The notes under the pieces are model-generated. The model had not been told where the DNA came from. It was given only the letters and a program-made list of their open reading frames with translations, and made no database searches. A stretch of DNA of 64,000 nucleotides, taken from the NCBI RefSeq assembly GCF_963921235.1, contig NC_086098.1, positions 8,060,001 through 8,124,000 of the forward strand, given 5' to 3'. Numbering within the stretch: position 1 is the stretch's first letter; each line of letters starts with the position of its first letter. Origin of the DNA: Mobula hypostoma. Taxonomy: Eukaryota. Below, one piece after another: positions 49,684 to 63,080 of this stretch. Made by a program: the position numbers and the translations under genes.

Positions 49684-50631
49684 ATGCACTCTCTCTATCT
49701 GACCTTGTCTGTGACACTTTCTACAGACTTTTTCTTTGAACCAACAGTAATTTACATCATAGGAGAATTTGCCACATCAATAGCAAGATTGGCTTTTTGC
49801 ACCATTCAGGGACATTTTGAGCATTTCACCTTCTAAGCTTCTTTTCTGTAATTCTGCTGCATCCTTTGCTGCAGTTCCTGATGATATTGCAATGGACAAT
49901 GCCCGTTCTTCGGATTGGTCTCTTTTTGCCAGTAGCCTCGTTTGAGTCCTTTGACTATGCATGCCACATACAAGCTTGTCCCTTAATGCATCAGAAAGTC
50001 CAGCTCTAAAGTCACAGTACTGGGTAAGTTTGCGCAATTCTGCAATGTGTTCAGAAATGCGTTCATCTTTTGACTGGTTCTTTATGTAAAATCTGAATCT
50101 CTCAGCTTTTGCCAGTGGCTTAGGGCTCAATGATTTTGTAAAATTGTAACAATTTCATCCAACATCTTGCTTGCTGTCTTTGCAGGGGTTACTAAGTTGC
50201 AGGAGAGACTCTATGTTCTTGTGTCCATGTAGCTAAGAGGCATAGGGGCCTTCTTTTGCTCCTCCACATTGTTCGCGCTACAATACAGTTCCACCCTCTT
50301 GGTATATGTTTCCCAGCCTTCCTTTAGCACTATCATAGTCATCCGACTGAAGCCATCGCCACATTATTTTTACTTTAAATTCAGCACGTCTTTCACTGTT
50401 ACTACGTACTGTACTCACACGTTTGTTAGTGTCCATGATGGCCAGCTCTGTACTGTTTAGTTCTCACTGTTTCATCCTGTAATCATACTGTAACTGTTGG
50501 CGCAGTTCATGATATTTTCTGACATTCAGGTTCATACACGTCGCCAATTTGTTGTGTCTGTGCACAACTACATATCAATCAAACAAGAGCACACACATGG
50601 GAGATGACTTTAACTGGTGTATTCAAATTAC

Positions 50632-50671
<40 letters not shown>

Positions 50672-51706
50672 ATGTGCATGCATAGACAATAGGTCAATAC
50701 CTAGTGCTAAACTGGGTGGGGGGGAGGCGAATTATTGCTCTAAAAGAAATAGATCCATACATTACAAAACGTATTGAAAATTGAAAGGTCTGGATAGAGT
50801 GGATGTGGAGAGGATGATTCCGATGATGGGGGAGTCTAGGACCAGAGTCACAGCCTCAGAATAGAAGGACGTTCATTTAGGCAGGAGACAAGGAGGAATT
50901 TCTTTAGTCAGAGTGTGGTGAAACTGTGGAACTTGTTGCCACAGGCTTCTGTGGAGGTTAGGTCACTGGGTATATTTAAGGTGGAAGTTGATAGGTTCTT
51001 GATTAGTCAGGGAGTGAGAAGTTACAGGGAGAAGGCAAGAGAATGAGGTTGAGAGGGAAGTGAATCAGTCATGACGGAATGGCAGAACAGAGTCAATGAG
51101 CCAAATGGCCTAATTCTGTTCCTATATCTTCTGCTCTTCTGATCTTATAGCGTACTGCCCTGGCTTATGTATCACGAAGACGGCTGGGACACAACACCCT
51201 TGGTCGACCTGACGAACAAAGCCTCAGAGAAGCAAAATGTTTGAAGTCAGCACAGCTTTTCAATGTGATTGTAAGGATCAGATTGCTGTACCACGATGGT
51301 CTCCATTATTCTGCCTTTATCTGCCCCACAGGAAAGCAGTAACCTGCTCCTGGATCTCTAATCACCCAACAGAGAACAGAAAGTAATTGCCTACTACAAC
51401 CCTCACCATCCAGGGCATGCCCACTTCTCACTGCTGCCACTGGGCAGGAGGTACAGGAGCCTCAGGACTCACGCCACCAGGTTAAGGAAGTTATTACTCC
51501 TCAACCATCAGGCTCTTGAACCAGAGGGGATAACTTCACTCGCCCCAACTCCAAACAGATTCCACAACCTATGGACTCACTTTCAAGGCTCTACAACTCA
51601 TGTTCTCAGTATTATTTATTTACTTTATTGTTTGTTTGTTTTTTTTTTGCACAGTTTGTCTTCTTTTGCATATTGGTTGATTGCCAGTCTTTTTGTGTAG
51701 TTTTTC

Positions 51707-52497
51707 TTTTTTTTTAGTTTTATTTTTATTTGGATAAGGAATTCACAAATATCATGTACTTTTTTCACACATATAACCTTTTCCATTTTTTTATATGTAT
51801 AAAACTACAATTATTTATACATTCTTAAGTACACATTGAGATGATATAAAAGGAAAATAAACACTTAAATAGATAATTATGTACTGTGGTAAATCTAACC
51901 TATTAGGCTAAGTAATGGTATTAGTTGTTAAGAAAATGGTAATAATAGTTTCTATATAACCCTTCTGGACCATTTCCACTGGTCCAAAATGTTGTATATA
52001 AGCCTATGTAACAACCATTGTAGGTGTTTATATCCTAATTTGTTCATGCTTGTTCCTGCCCGCAGACATAATTATCCAATCCCTATGTACTTAATTACTT
52101 AATTTTTTCATTTTTTTATCCCTTTCCCAAATCTTTCCCTTTACTTGTGTTAATTCTCTATTTTCCAAAAGAAAACAAAAAAAAAGACATAAAAGATGGA
52201 AGATATAAAGTTGCTGCAGGCCCTCTTAGCGGCAAGTAAGAAATCAATCACTAGAAAATGGCTAAATCCAATACCACCTACATTAGAAGATTGGTACGAA
52301 ATTATCTTGGAAATATTTAAAATGGAAAAGTTGACTTACTCCCTGAGAATTCAAAAAGAAAAATTTTATCAAATCTGGAATAAATGGATTGAATATATAA
52401 CCCCAATGCGAGCAGACTTTAGATGACCCTCCTAATGATTTATACTGCTCTTCTCATCAACACAGTAATATTGCTAATGTAAGCACCCCAGTCTAAA
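51707..52497 (-). mobile_element. L1-clade 3' fragment with 5' inversion and 14-bp TSD
   Basis: T-rich tail on the left; plus-oriented L1 ORF2 C-terminus (AASKKSITRKW...MEKLTY...WNKWIEY) at 52196-52426; TSD TTGTGTAGTTTTTC at 51693-51706 and 52498-52511. Confidence 0.88.
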
Positions 52498-54111
52498 TTG
52501 TGTAGTTTTTCATTGAATGTATTCTATTTTTCGTATCTACTGTGAATGCCTGCAAGAAAATGAATCTCATGGTGGTATATGGTGACATATATTTATTTTG
52601 AACTTTGAACTTTGACTTTAAAGGTTTGGCTCCTGGCAGCTTCCAAAGAGCAATCCCGCCAGTCCCACTCACGCTTTCCTTATTATCTTGTACTTGGCAA
52701 CTTGTTCTCTCTCAAGCATTTTTTAATTCCCTTTTGTTCCTTTTGCATCATAAAGATAACAAGGAATAAATTTCAGAACATATTTAGCCTACGCTCACAT
52801 CTTTGGAAAATGAGAGTCTAGGGTATCCAGCAGAAACCAACATAGTCAGAAAGAGGACACACAAACTCCTAAGAAGATGCACTCTGGATTGATGGAGACA
52901 GAAGATTTAAAGCAGTTTTCAGCCTCTAGTTTTTGATACAATGAATTACAAAACCATGATTATGAAATACTCTGACCTTGCCATATTTATGATTTCAAGT
53001 TTATCTGATAAGTGAAGGTTTTGAAAGTGCAATACGATTAAATTTTGGAGCAAAATGGTGCCAATGAACATTTGACCAACAGTTCATAATACCCCTTCTT
53101 TTACTTCTTCTTCTTTCAAACATAATTCTGCTTCTAAGCTGTGTGCGACTGGAATCTGCAAGTTACGTTCCGATGGTTTGTTTTCGGGCTGATTGCGTGA
53201 TCTGGCACTTTGCTGTCTCCGAGGGATTCAGCGAGGTTTGGAATGCAGTGTGCAGCCTGGAGCCAAGAAACCAGATGATCAACTCCATTGCTTCTCTCTG
53301 ATTGAGGGGTAAAGAGCAAGGTTGAAGTCGACGAGGATGAGAACGGAGGACAGGCAGGCGTTCATTGCCATCTGCCTGTGTTTGACCAGTCTTCCTTTCC
53401 CTCTCGCTAGCTGCTGTCAGAGGAAAGTGCAGGATCCATGCTGCAAGGATAGATCAACGAGGCTGTAGCCTCATTTGGGGGGACTTTCAGGTTCTTGGTG
53501 CATGCATTTCTGGATTCTGGTTACTCTTCTTTTGCTGGTTTTGAGCGGTTTGCTCAGGGCGATCAATGGTATGGGGCACTACAGCGAAGAATTCTTTGCC
53601 CTGCAGCTTGCAGTGGAACAATGCTGATCTGAACCAGACTGAATACAACTGGACTCCTGATCGACGTTTGAGACTCTATGTGTTGTTTGCACTGTTTTGC
53701 TGTTTGCACAATTTGTTTTTTGTGCCTTGGCTATTTTCTTGAATGGGTTCTTTTCGTGGCTGCCTGCAGGAGGACAGATCTCAGAGTTGTATTCTGTGTA
53801 CATACTTTGATAATAAATGTACTTTGTCATTTTGAGGTGGAGGCCAAGTGGAGTCATGAGGGCCTGGATCACCAGGGTTGGAGATCTGTGCAAGTCCAGA
53901 AGATGAGGCACAAAGGTCAAACCTGTGAGTGGGTGATTCCTAGGGCAAAGTCTGCAGTTGGAGGCCTGATGTCTGTGTTTCTGAGAGTCCACTGCCGAGG
54001 ATGGAGGCCAATGTGAAATTATTGACCTCACTGGAGAAAAGTTGGTATATTGTTTAACTTGTATAGGTAGGGAAATATTGATGCACAAACAGTTACTGGT
54101 CACATAATTCT

Positions 54112-54224
54112 GCTTCTTCTTCTTCTTGTTTTACGGCGGTTGGCACCCAGCTTAATGGTGCATTACCACCACCTTCTGCTCCAGAGTGTGCAATAGACTT
54201 ACATTCTAAATCCCTTTACCCAAT

Positions 54225-54272
<48 letters not shown>

Positions 54273-55775
54273 AACCTACACTTTATCCTCCCGTTTTTGG
54301 CCACCCTAGTACCCTATTCCTGCTTATCCATCATATCCTATAAAAAAACCCTGTACCCCGTAAGAAAGCTAAAAATACCCTGACCTGTGCTCTCTCACCC
54401 ATGCCCAGCAACCCTTTTAATGTGAAATTCTGCACTCCCAATTCCCTTAGATTAATTCTCATCATCTCTCTCTGTATCCCATATTTTCTGCAACTCAGAT
54501 CTACATGTTCTACTGACTCCTCTTCCTGATGTTCCTCACACAATCCTGTCCGGTGTTTCCCTATCATTTTCAATGTTTTGTTTAATGCACAGTGTCCCAC
54601 CCTTAACCTAGTCCACACAGTCTCCTCTCTTCTGTATCCACTGCCTACCCTAGTACCTGCAACACTATTTTGTATTTGATATAAATTCCTCCATTACCCC
54701 TCCCTGTCCCATCTTTCTTGCCACATTTGGTTGATTTTTTCCCAGATTACACACTTAACCTCTGCTTTACTGATACTAATGTGCATTTCTATATTTTCTT
54801 TCTCTAACGCCCTCTTTGCCAACTCATCCACCCTCTCATTCCCCTTCACCCCTCCATGTGCTGGAACCCATAGAAATTTTACCTGACCTCCCTGATTTGC
54901 AATTCTTGTGACTGACTGAAGGACTTCCTATAGTACATCTTGCTGACTGTTTGTGTGAAAAGACCTTAAACTTGCTAAAACTGAGGATGAATCTGAACAT
55001 ATCAACACTTTGACCTGTCTAGCTTTCTCCACCCATCGCAACACAACCAACACTGCCAGCATCTCCACTGTATACACCCCTAATTTATTAAATGTTCTTC
55101 TGCTGATTCCAATTTCTTTTGCTGGTATAGCCACCCACACCCTGTCATTCCTGTTTCAGGTTCCTTAGCACCATCCGTATAAATCTGAGTATAATCACTA
55201 TATTTTTCCATCACATGACAGTTAAATGCACTTACTAAATCAGTTTTATATTTTCCTTTCCTTTTTACCTCTAACAAATGCCAGTCTATGTCAGGCCATA
55301 CAAGCTTCCATGGAGCTACAATTGGATAAACTACTGAAGGACTTATCCTTAGAACAAACACTCCACGTTCTTTAGCAATATCATTCCTTACCTGACTAAG
55401 GTTATCCCTCCGAAACCTCCCATTTTCCCAGCACTCCTGCAACACTCCTTTTGCAGGCTGAGAATCACTGTGTCCCTGCAAATTAGCCCAGTAGTTTGCC
55501 ATCAATTGCATCCTTCTTAGTTCCAAAGGCATTACTCCCATTTCCACCTGTAGGGCTGATACTGGTGATGTTTTAAAAGCCCCACTGCACACTCTCAAAG
55601 CCTGAGACTGAATCACATCCAGTTTCATTATAAGAGACCTAGCTGCTGATCCATATGCTATATTTCCATAGTCCAACACAGATCTTACTAAAGCCACATA
55701 CATTCTCTCCAACGCTGAACAACTTGCTCTCCATTCCCTATCAGTCAAACATTTCATCACATTTATCACATGACT
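54112..55775 (-). mobile_element. I/Nimb-type LINE 3' fragment with RNase H
   Basis: LVRSVLDYG, RNase H motifs YTDGAK and CSDS, TRLRVGH, C-terminal ESVEHV..SC, and a (GAA)n tail. Contains (CA)n at ~54227-54268. Confidence 0.85.
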
Positions 55776-57484
55776 CCTGTTTAGCACACAGCTGGAAGAC
55801 TAAAGGTGTGTTGACCTTCATAACAAGAGAATTTTTGCACAGGCATGGCAGACTAAGGTGGAGATGCAAGGGTATGAAGCTGATGGATTGCTTGCTATCA
55901 GAGAGGAAAATGTGAGAAGTTGTGAACGTTGGGTTTGTGAGGTAAAGCAGTAAAGCTGAGGACTTTATAGTGCCAACACTCGCCGATTAGGGTCCAGTTT
56001 CCACTGCTGTCCGGGAAGGAGTTTGTACATTTGCCCCATGACCATGTGGGTTTCCTCTGTGTTCTTCATTTTCCTCCCACATTCCAAACACTTATGGGTT
56101 AGGGTTAGTAAGTTTCAGGCATGCTACGTTGGTGCCAAGAGCATGACAAGACTTGCAGGCTGTCCCCACTACATCCTTGTACAGTCATTGACACAAATGA
56201 CACATGACGAAGGGTCTCGGCCTAGCACGTCAATTGTTTATTCCTCTCTGTCGATGCTGCTGCGTTCCTCCAGCATTTTGTGTGTGTTACTGGATTCCTA
56301 GCATCTGCAGGATCTCTTGTGTTCGCGACACTGTATATTCCAATATTTCCATGTTTCGCTATTTCGATATTTCAATGTTTCAATGTGATTGTGACAATTC
56401 TCTTCATCTTGTCAGAAGCTTGTCAAATGCAGCATAAGAACATCAAGTTCTCCTCCAAACAGGACATGTTCTGAATGAGAATAAATTGCCCTTTCTTCAT
56501 TATTCTTTGATCAGACTTGCGTCATTTCCTGTTTAGCAGCTTTCTAGAACTTTCTCAATGATTCAAGTAGGTGGCTCTCCAACTTCTGAAAGGCAATTGA
56601 GGATGGTAGAAAAATTCTGAATATCTTTCAATCATTCGTTTGTTATGTGCCATTTTGTAGGATGTGGGTAAACATGGTCTTTCCATGACCTTGATTGTTC
56701 TTGGCAAATGTTTCTACAGAAGTAATTTGCTATTCCCTTCTTCTGGGCAGTGTCTTTACAAGACGGGTGACCACAGCCATTATCAATACTCTTCAGATTG
56801 TCTGCCTGGCATCAGTGGTCGCATAACCAGGACTTGTGATATGCACCAGCTGCTCAAATGACCATCCACCACCTGCTTCCATGGCTTCACATGACCTGAT
56901 CGGGGGGCTAAGCAGGTGCTACATATTGCCCAAGGGTGACCTGCAGGTTAGCTGAGGAAAGGAGTGACTTACACCTGTTTGATAGAAACATATCTCCACC
57001 CCTCAACCCTATCTTTCAATAGAACACATATTCCAATAAATATTTTTTTAAATAAAGGGCACTACAATAGTGTATTACAGCTTGATACATTCCAGAGCTC
57101 GTTGTTCAATTCCAGTGCCGTCTGTAAAGAGTTTGTACATTCACGTCAGTTTTCTCTGGGTGCTCCCGTTTTCTCCCACAGACCAAAGACGTGCTGGTTA
57201 GTAGATTAATTGATCATTGCTGTGTATTTAATATTTCAGTAATATCTGAGTAATCTTTTATATATATATTGGTTGATTAAGCATTCTCTTTGGTTTAAAT
57301 AATTAATTACGGGTTATATGTATAAATACGTAAACTGCATACGTCATCACGCTACCATGGGGGTTGTCGGGGTTGCTGGGACAGCCTGGGTCAAAGGGCC
57401 GGAAGGTCATACCCTGCACTGTATCACTGGATAAATAAATAAATAAAATTAAGATTTTTCTCTCCAACGGAACCACTTCAAACC

Positions 57485-58472
57485 TTAAAGTTCAAAAGTT
57501 CAAAACGTTCAAAATAAATTTATTATCAAAGTGCATGTGTGTCACCATATACAACCCTGAGATTCATCTTCTTGTGGGCATTCACAGTAAATGTGAAGAA
57601 ACACAAAAGAATCAGTGAAAGACTGTACACAACAGGACAGACTGACGATCGGTACGTAAAAGACAACAAACAGTGCAATGATAAAAAGAAAAACAAACAT
57701 GCAAGATAATAATAAATAAATGAGTAATAAGTATTGAGAACATGTGCTGAAGAGTCCTGAAAAGTGAGTCCATAGTTTGTGGGAACAGTTCTGTTGAGTG
57801 AAGTTATCCCCTCTGGTTGAAGAGCCTGATGGCTGAGAAGTAGTAACTGTTTCTGAAACTGATGGTGTAGGTACTGAGGCTCCTGTACCTTCTTCCTGAT
57901 GGCAACAGTGAGAAGAAAGCATGTCCTGGGTGGTGGGAGTCCCTGATGATGGATGCTGCTTTTCTGCGACAATGCTTCATGTATGTGAGAACATAAGAAA
58001 TAGGAGCAGGAGTTATCATCGGGCCCATCAAGCCTGCTCCACCATTCAATAAGATCATGGCTGATCTGGCCATGGACTCATCTCCACCTGCCTGTTTTTC
58101 ACCCATAACCCTTAACTCCCCTACTATGCAAAAATCTATCCAACCTTATCTTAAATATATTTACTGAGGTAGCCTCCACTGCTTCATTAAGCAGAGAATT
58201 CCACTCTCTGGGAAAAGCAGGTCCTCCTCAGCTCCATCCTAAATCTACTCCCCCGAATCTTGAGGTGATGTCCCCTAGTTCTAGTCTCACCTACCAGTGA
58301 AAACAACTTTCCTGCTTCGATCTTATCTACCCCTTTCATAACTTTATATATTTCTATACGGTCTCCTCTCATTCTTCTGAATTCCAGCGAGTACAGTCCC
58401 AGGTGACTCAACCTCTCCTCATAGTCTAACCCCCTCATCTCTGGAATCAACCTGGTGAACCTCCTCTGCACA
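57485..58472 (-). mobile_element. Rex/Babar 3' end (57485-57980) adjacent to a CR1 3' end (57988-58472)
   Basis: HPGHAFFSLLPSGRRYRSL and LYSLEFRRMRGD motifs. Confidence 0.8.
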
Positions 58473-60315
58473 GCTTCCTACCCATGGTGGGGAGAGCATT
58501 ACCCGTGAGTTTTAAACCAATGACACAAGCAGTAGACACAGTAAAATACATTGAAGTGATGTCGTTATCTGAAAAGGCGTCTCTTTAGTTTGTGCTTTTT
58601 TAAACATTATGTAATGCATGATATTAATAATCTGCCAAGACAGAATAAATTCTTGAGAACACAGTCTAAATATTTTAGTGAAGCTCCTGGGGTATGGAAG
58701 ACGTTGAAAGATTTCCCATCCCTGTCATGCCGTACAATAGCTGTTTCAGCTAATAAAGATGAAATGATTTAGTGAAAGCTAAAGCTTTGTAGTCTCAATT
58801 TTTATATTGTCCAGTCCTTTATCATCCATCACCTAACTGTGAACTAGGGTTGGAAGTAATGCATCAAAGACATCTGAGATAACGAAGCTGTAATGTGTTT
58901 ATCTGAAGGATGACAAAGATCTCGTTGTGAGTTTAGAAGCCTCCCCCAGTCAGAGATAAATGATCCTACATCAGATTACAACAAATACACCCAGTGGCCA
59001 CTTTATTAGGTACACCTGCACACTTGCTCATTAATGCAAATATCTAATTAGACAATCATGTAGTAGCAACTCAGCACATAAAAGTGACACAAATGTGTGG
59101 TTTTGGCGCAAGTGCAGAGGGAGAAAAACTGAAGCGGGTGAACGATTCACTGATTTTTAATAAGAAGTGTGCAGGCAAAAGGAAAAACAGTAAAATGCCA
59201 GCCCAACAAGCCCCTTAACTAAAATTTTTAAACTGAAAGCTAATGCCGACCCTGTGGATAGGAAGCAGTAACTCAATAGTAAGTGATTACCATTACTTGA
59301 CAACGTCAATCTAAATGGTAGTTTTCTTTCCTGGAACAAGTAAGTCAAGTCTGGACAAGACGGGAATGAGAAGAAAGGAGTTAAAGACCACCACAATGAA
59401 ATACGCAAACTCAAGAACATATTTGCCGAACCCGTTCTGCAGACCGTCTGCGAGGGTGCGTGGACCTCGTAACAACGTCTGTGATTGTGACAGAGCCTTG
59501 GCTCATGTCCACATCAGCTTATAGTATTGGACCATTTGTTCAACGGTTTCAAAGGTACATTTAGTGTCAGAGAAATGTATATAATATAATCCTGAAATGC
59601 TTTTGCTTCACAACCATCCACAAAAACAGAGGAGTGCCCCCAAAGAATGAACGAAAATTAAATATGAGAACACCAAACTCCCCCCTCAGCTCCCCTCCCT
59701 CCTGCGCGTAAGCGGCAGTGAGCAACAATCCCCCCACCCCCACTAGCAATAAAAGCATCGGCACCCGTCACCGAGCACTCAAGCATGAGCAAAGCAACAG
59801 CAAAGACACAGACTTGCAGTACCCCAAAGACTACATTGTTCACTCGGTATTCAACACACCACAGGCTCTCCCTCTCCTTAATAAGGGAGAAAGAGATGTC
59901 TCCATTTCACAGCGAGAGGGGAGACATAACAAACAGCTCACTGGTTTACGACGTTAAAAGTCCATTGCATTACTTTTTCCAAGCTCTGTGCCCAAAGATC
60001 TAGGGTGTCTGTGCACACAGTGGATCTTCCGACTCCCCTGACAACACACTGATCTCCTGCCATGAAACCGACCTTCGATCCGCCCATCTCCAAAGCAATG
60101 AGATCTTGGCCCCCAACAGGTGAGCTGAGCTCTTAGGCTGAGCCCTTGGTGTGCCAATTGTGAAACCCTGAGAGCGGGTCCCATTCCTGCAAAGAACCGT
60201 AGTCAGCATGTAACTCCAGGTCACGGTCTTCAAAGGAACCCTGAAATAGAGATATTAAAGATGGAAATAGAGCTGTTTCCGAAAATGCAAGCAAAGGAGT
60301 TGCTGTAAGGTGCCA

Positions 60316-61410
60316 TTAACACTCCAAAGCCCCTCCTTCAGTAGCAGGAACTCCCAATTCAATCTCCGGGTCAGGAAAGAGTGGTGCATCCAAAGGGGGA
60401 CATGCCAGTGAAGGACAGCTGAAGGTTATTCTGGACAAAATCAATTGGAAGCTCCAGGATCTGGGGTTGGAAGAGACAAGGCACCACAGGGTTGTCACTA
60501 GCTCCTGATTCACTCCCTCAGTCTGGCCTTTAGATTGGGACTGGAAACCAGATGAGAACCTGGCTGTGGCACCAACAAGAGAACAGAAGGTTTTCCAAGT
60601 ACAGGATATGAGCAGTCGTCTTTGATCTGACACTACATCCTGAGGGAAGCCATGCAGCCTGAACACTTGTTGTACCTTGGGGGTGGCATGAGCTGAAGGG
60701 AGCCTGGAGAGCAATGAAGTGGGCAGCCTTGGAGAATGGTTCCACAACCACAAGAATGCTAGTGCTTCTATCCGACATGGGCAAAGTGTAATGAAATCCA
60801 CCGGGAGGTGAGACCAGGAGTGGTGAGGCACAGGCAGCGGACATAGCAGACCCACAGAGTGCTGGTGTGATGTCTTGTTCTGGTCAAAAGTGGCACCGGC
60901 CGAGATGAGGTCATGGACCTCCTGAGACATAGGTGGCCACCAAAATCATCTCTTGAATTCCAACCAGATGGGAGAAATGACCCCATTCCAGCACCTGGCC
61001 ACACTTTGGCAGGGATGAACAGTTGGTTTCAGGTCACCCACCGAGGCCTGGATTCAACTGTTGGGTAGCCCTCACCTTTGTGTTTTAATCCCCAAATCAG
61101 CAGAGCAGCTATGCACAAGTGAGGAGGGATGAGCTCTGTACTGGTAGTGTCCTCAGACACGCCCAGCTGCCAGAAGAGAGCATCAACTTTGGTATTCTTG
61201 CTGCCAGGACTGTAGGTGAAAGTGAAACCAAACCAGGTGAAGGAGAGGCCAACGGGCTTTATGTGAGTTGAGTCTCTCGGTGTCCTGAATGTAGGAGGGG
61301 TTCTTGTGATCTATCCATACCAAAAAAGGGGCACCCTCCCCGCTCCATCCAGTGTCACCATGCTTCCAGGGCCTCCTTAACAGCCAGAAGTTCTCAGTTC
61401 CCTACATCAG
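60316..61410 (-). mobile_element. Degraded Gypsy (Sushi/Tf-like) RNase H-integrase fragment
   Basis: GLLCPLPVPHHSWSHLPVDFIT, VFRLHGFPQDVVSD, GQTE; DHKN and ELLAVK remnants upstream. Confidence 0.8.
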
Positions 61411-63080
61411 AGGTATTCAAGTTTGGAGATCAAGAATGCTACAAGAGGTGCAGGTATAATCTCTGGAAAGCTATCTCCCGGGCAAAGTGGAAATTCTAGA
61501 TAAACTGGAATCAACAAGGGATGCTCGACAGCTGTGGCAGGGTTTGGGTGCCGCAACTTACAACAAAGTTAAATCTTGTGGCATTGGGGACAGGAGAGCT
61601 TTATTTCCAGATGAGCTTCAATGCCCTGTGGCACTTACACCCACAGTGATGAACTGTTCAGAGAGGCTGGTGTTGAAGCTTATCAGCTCCTGTCTAAGTG
61701 GAAACTTGGATCCACTCCAACTTGCCTACTGTAGCAACAGGTCTACAGTGGATGTCTTCTCATTGGCTCGTCACACAACCCTGGAAAATCTACAGCACAA
61801 ATATGCATACATCAGGATGCGCTTCGTCAATTACAGCTCAGCATTTAATACCATAAATCCCTCCAAAATCATTAGACTTGGGCCTGGATACCGCCTTGTG
61901 CAATTGGATCCCGGATTTCCTTACTTGCAGACCCTACTCAGTTTGGATTGGCCAAAACATCTCCTCCACAAATTCCATCAGCACAGGAGCACCACAGGGA
62001 TGTGTGCTTAGCCCTCTGCTCTCCTTACGTTACACACTATGACTGTGTGGCTAAGCACAGCTCCAACACCATATTCAAGTATTCTGATGACACCACTGTT
62101 GTGGGCCGTATCAAAAGTGGAGATGAATCAGCATAGAGGAGGGAGATTGAAAATTCAGTTAAGAGGTGTAATAACAACAACCTCTCACTCAATGTCAATA
62201 AGACAAAGGAAATTATTGTAGACTTCAGGAGAGGGAAACCAGAGGTCCATGAGCCAGTAATCATCGGAGGATCAGAGGTGGAGAGGGTCAGTAACTTTAG
62301 TTTCCTGGGCGTCACTATCTCAGAGGACCTGTCCTGGACCCATCATATAAATATTATTGCGAAGGAAGTACAGCAATGCCTCTACTTCCCCAGGAGTCTG
62401 TGAAGGTCTGGCATGTCATCAAAAACCTTGGCAGACTTCTGTAGATGTGTGCTGGAAAGTGTGCTACCTGGCTACATTATGGCCTGGAACACCAAATGCC
62501 TTTGAGCATAAAATCCTACAAAAGGTAGCGGATATGGCCCAGTACATCACAAGCAAAACCCTCCCAATCATATAAGAACATAAGAAATAAGAGCAGGAGT
62601 AGGCCATCTGGCCCTTCGAGCCTGCTCTGCTATTTAATAAGTTACTGGCTAATTTGGCCATGGACTCATCTCCACCCACCTGCCTTTTCCCCATAACCCT
62701 TAATTCCCCTACTATACAAAACACCATTTAGCACATCTACGTGAAATGTTGCTACAGGAAAGCAGCATCCGTCATCAAAGATCCTCACCACCCAGTCCGT
62801 GCTGCCATTGGTACAAATACCTCACGATTCACACCACCGGGTTCAAGAACAGTTACTACCCCTCAACCACCAGGCTCTTGAACGAAAGGGGATAGCTACA
62901 CTCAATCTACTTCTGCTGTTCCTGCTATTTGTGTATATTTGCATTTGCAGTTTGTTGTTCATTGATCCTATTACAGTTACTGTTCTATAGATTTGCTAAG
63001 TATGCCCACAGGAAGAACAATCTCAGGGTTTTGACATAAACGTACCCTGGTAATAAATTTTACTTTGAACTTTGAACTTA
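61411..63080 (+). mobile_element. Degraded Rex1/Babar RT to 3' end, with a nested CR1 tail (~62572-62720)
   Basis: PVALTPTVM, LDPLQLAY, YSSAFNTI, KYSDDTTVVG; tail AATAAATTTACTTTGAACTTTGAACTT. Confidence 0.85.

Larger units (their letters stand above)
44034..50766 (-). mobile_element. Older Gypsy LTR retrotransposon, internally deleted (gag and integrase remnants only)
   Basis: Diverged LTRs 50550-50766 and 44034-44234, each with (AG)n; PBS-like TGGCGACG at ~50539-50546(-); PPT at ~44237-44248; gag AERFRFY...LRDKLVCG; IN SEEFRLFMKKNGIRH...LAERF; degenerate TSD AATCC/AAACG. Confidence 0.88.
43710..51148 (+). mobile_element. CR1 3' fragment hosting the Gypsy nest (43710-44033 plus 50767-51148)
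   Basis: GGGGAATCTCTTTGAATCC | AAACGTATTGAAAATTGAAAGG reads through as the CR1 GDLIETY region. Confidence 0.85.

Noticed and set aside
57215..57357. AT-rich segment resembling an LTR start
   Set aside because: No matching end or TSD found.
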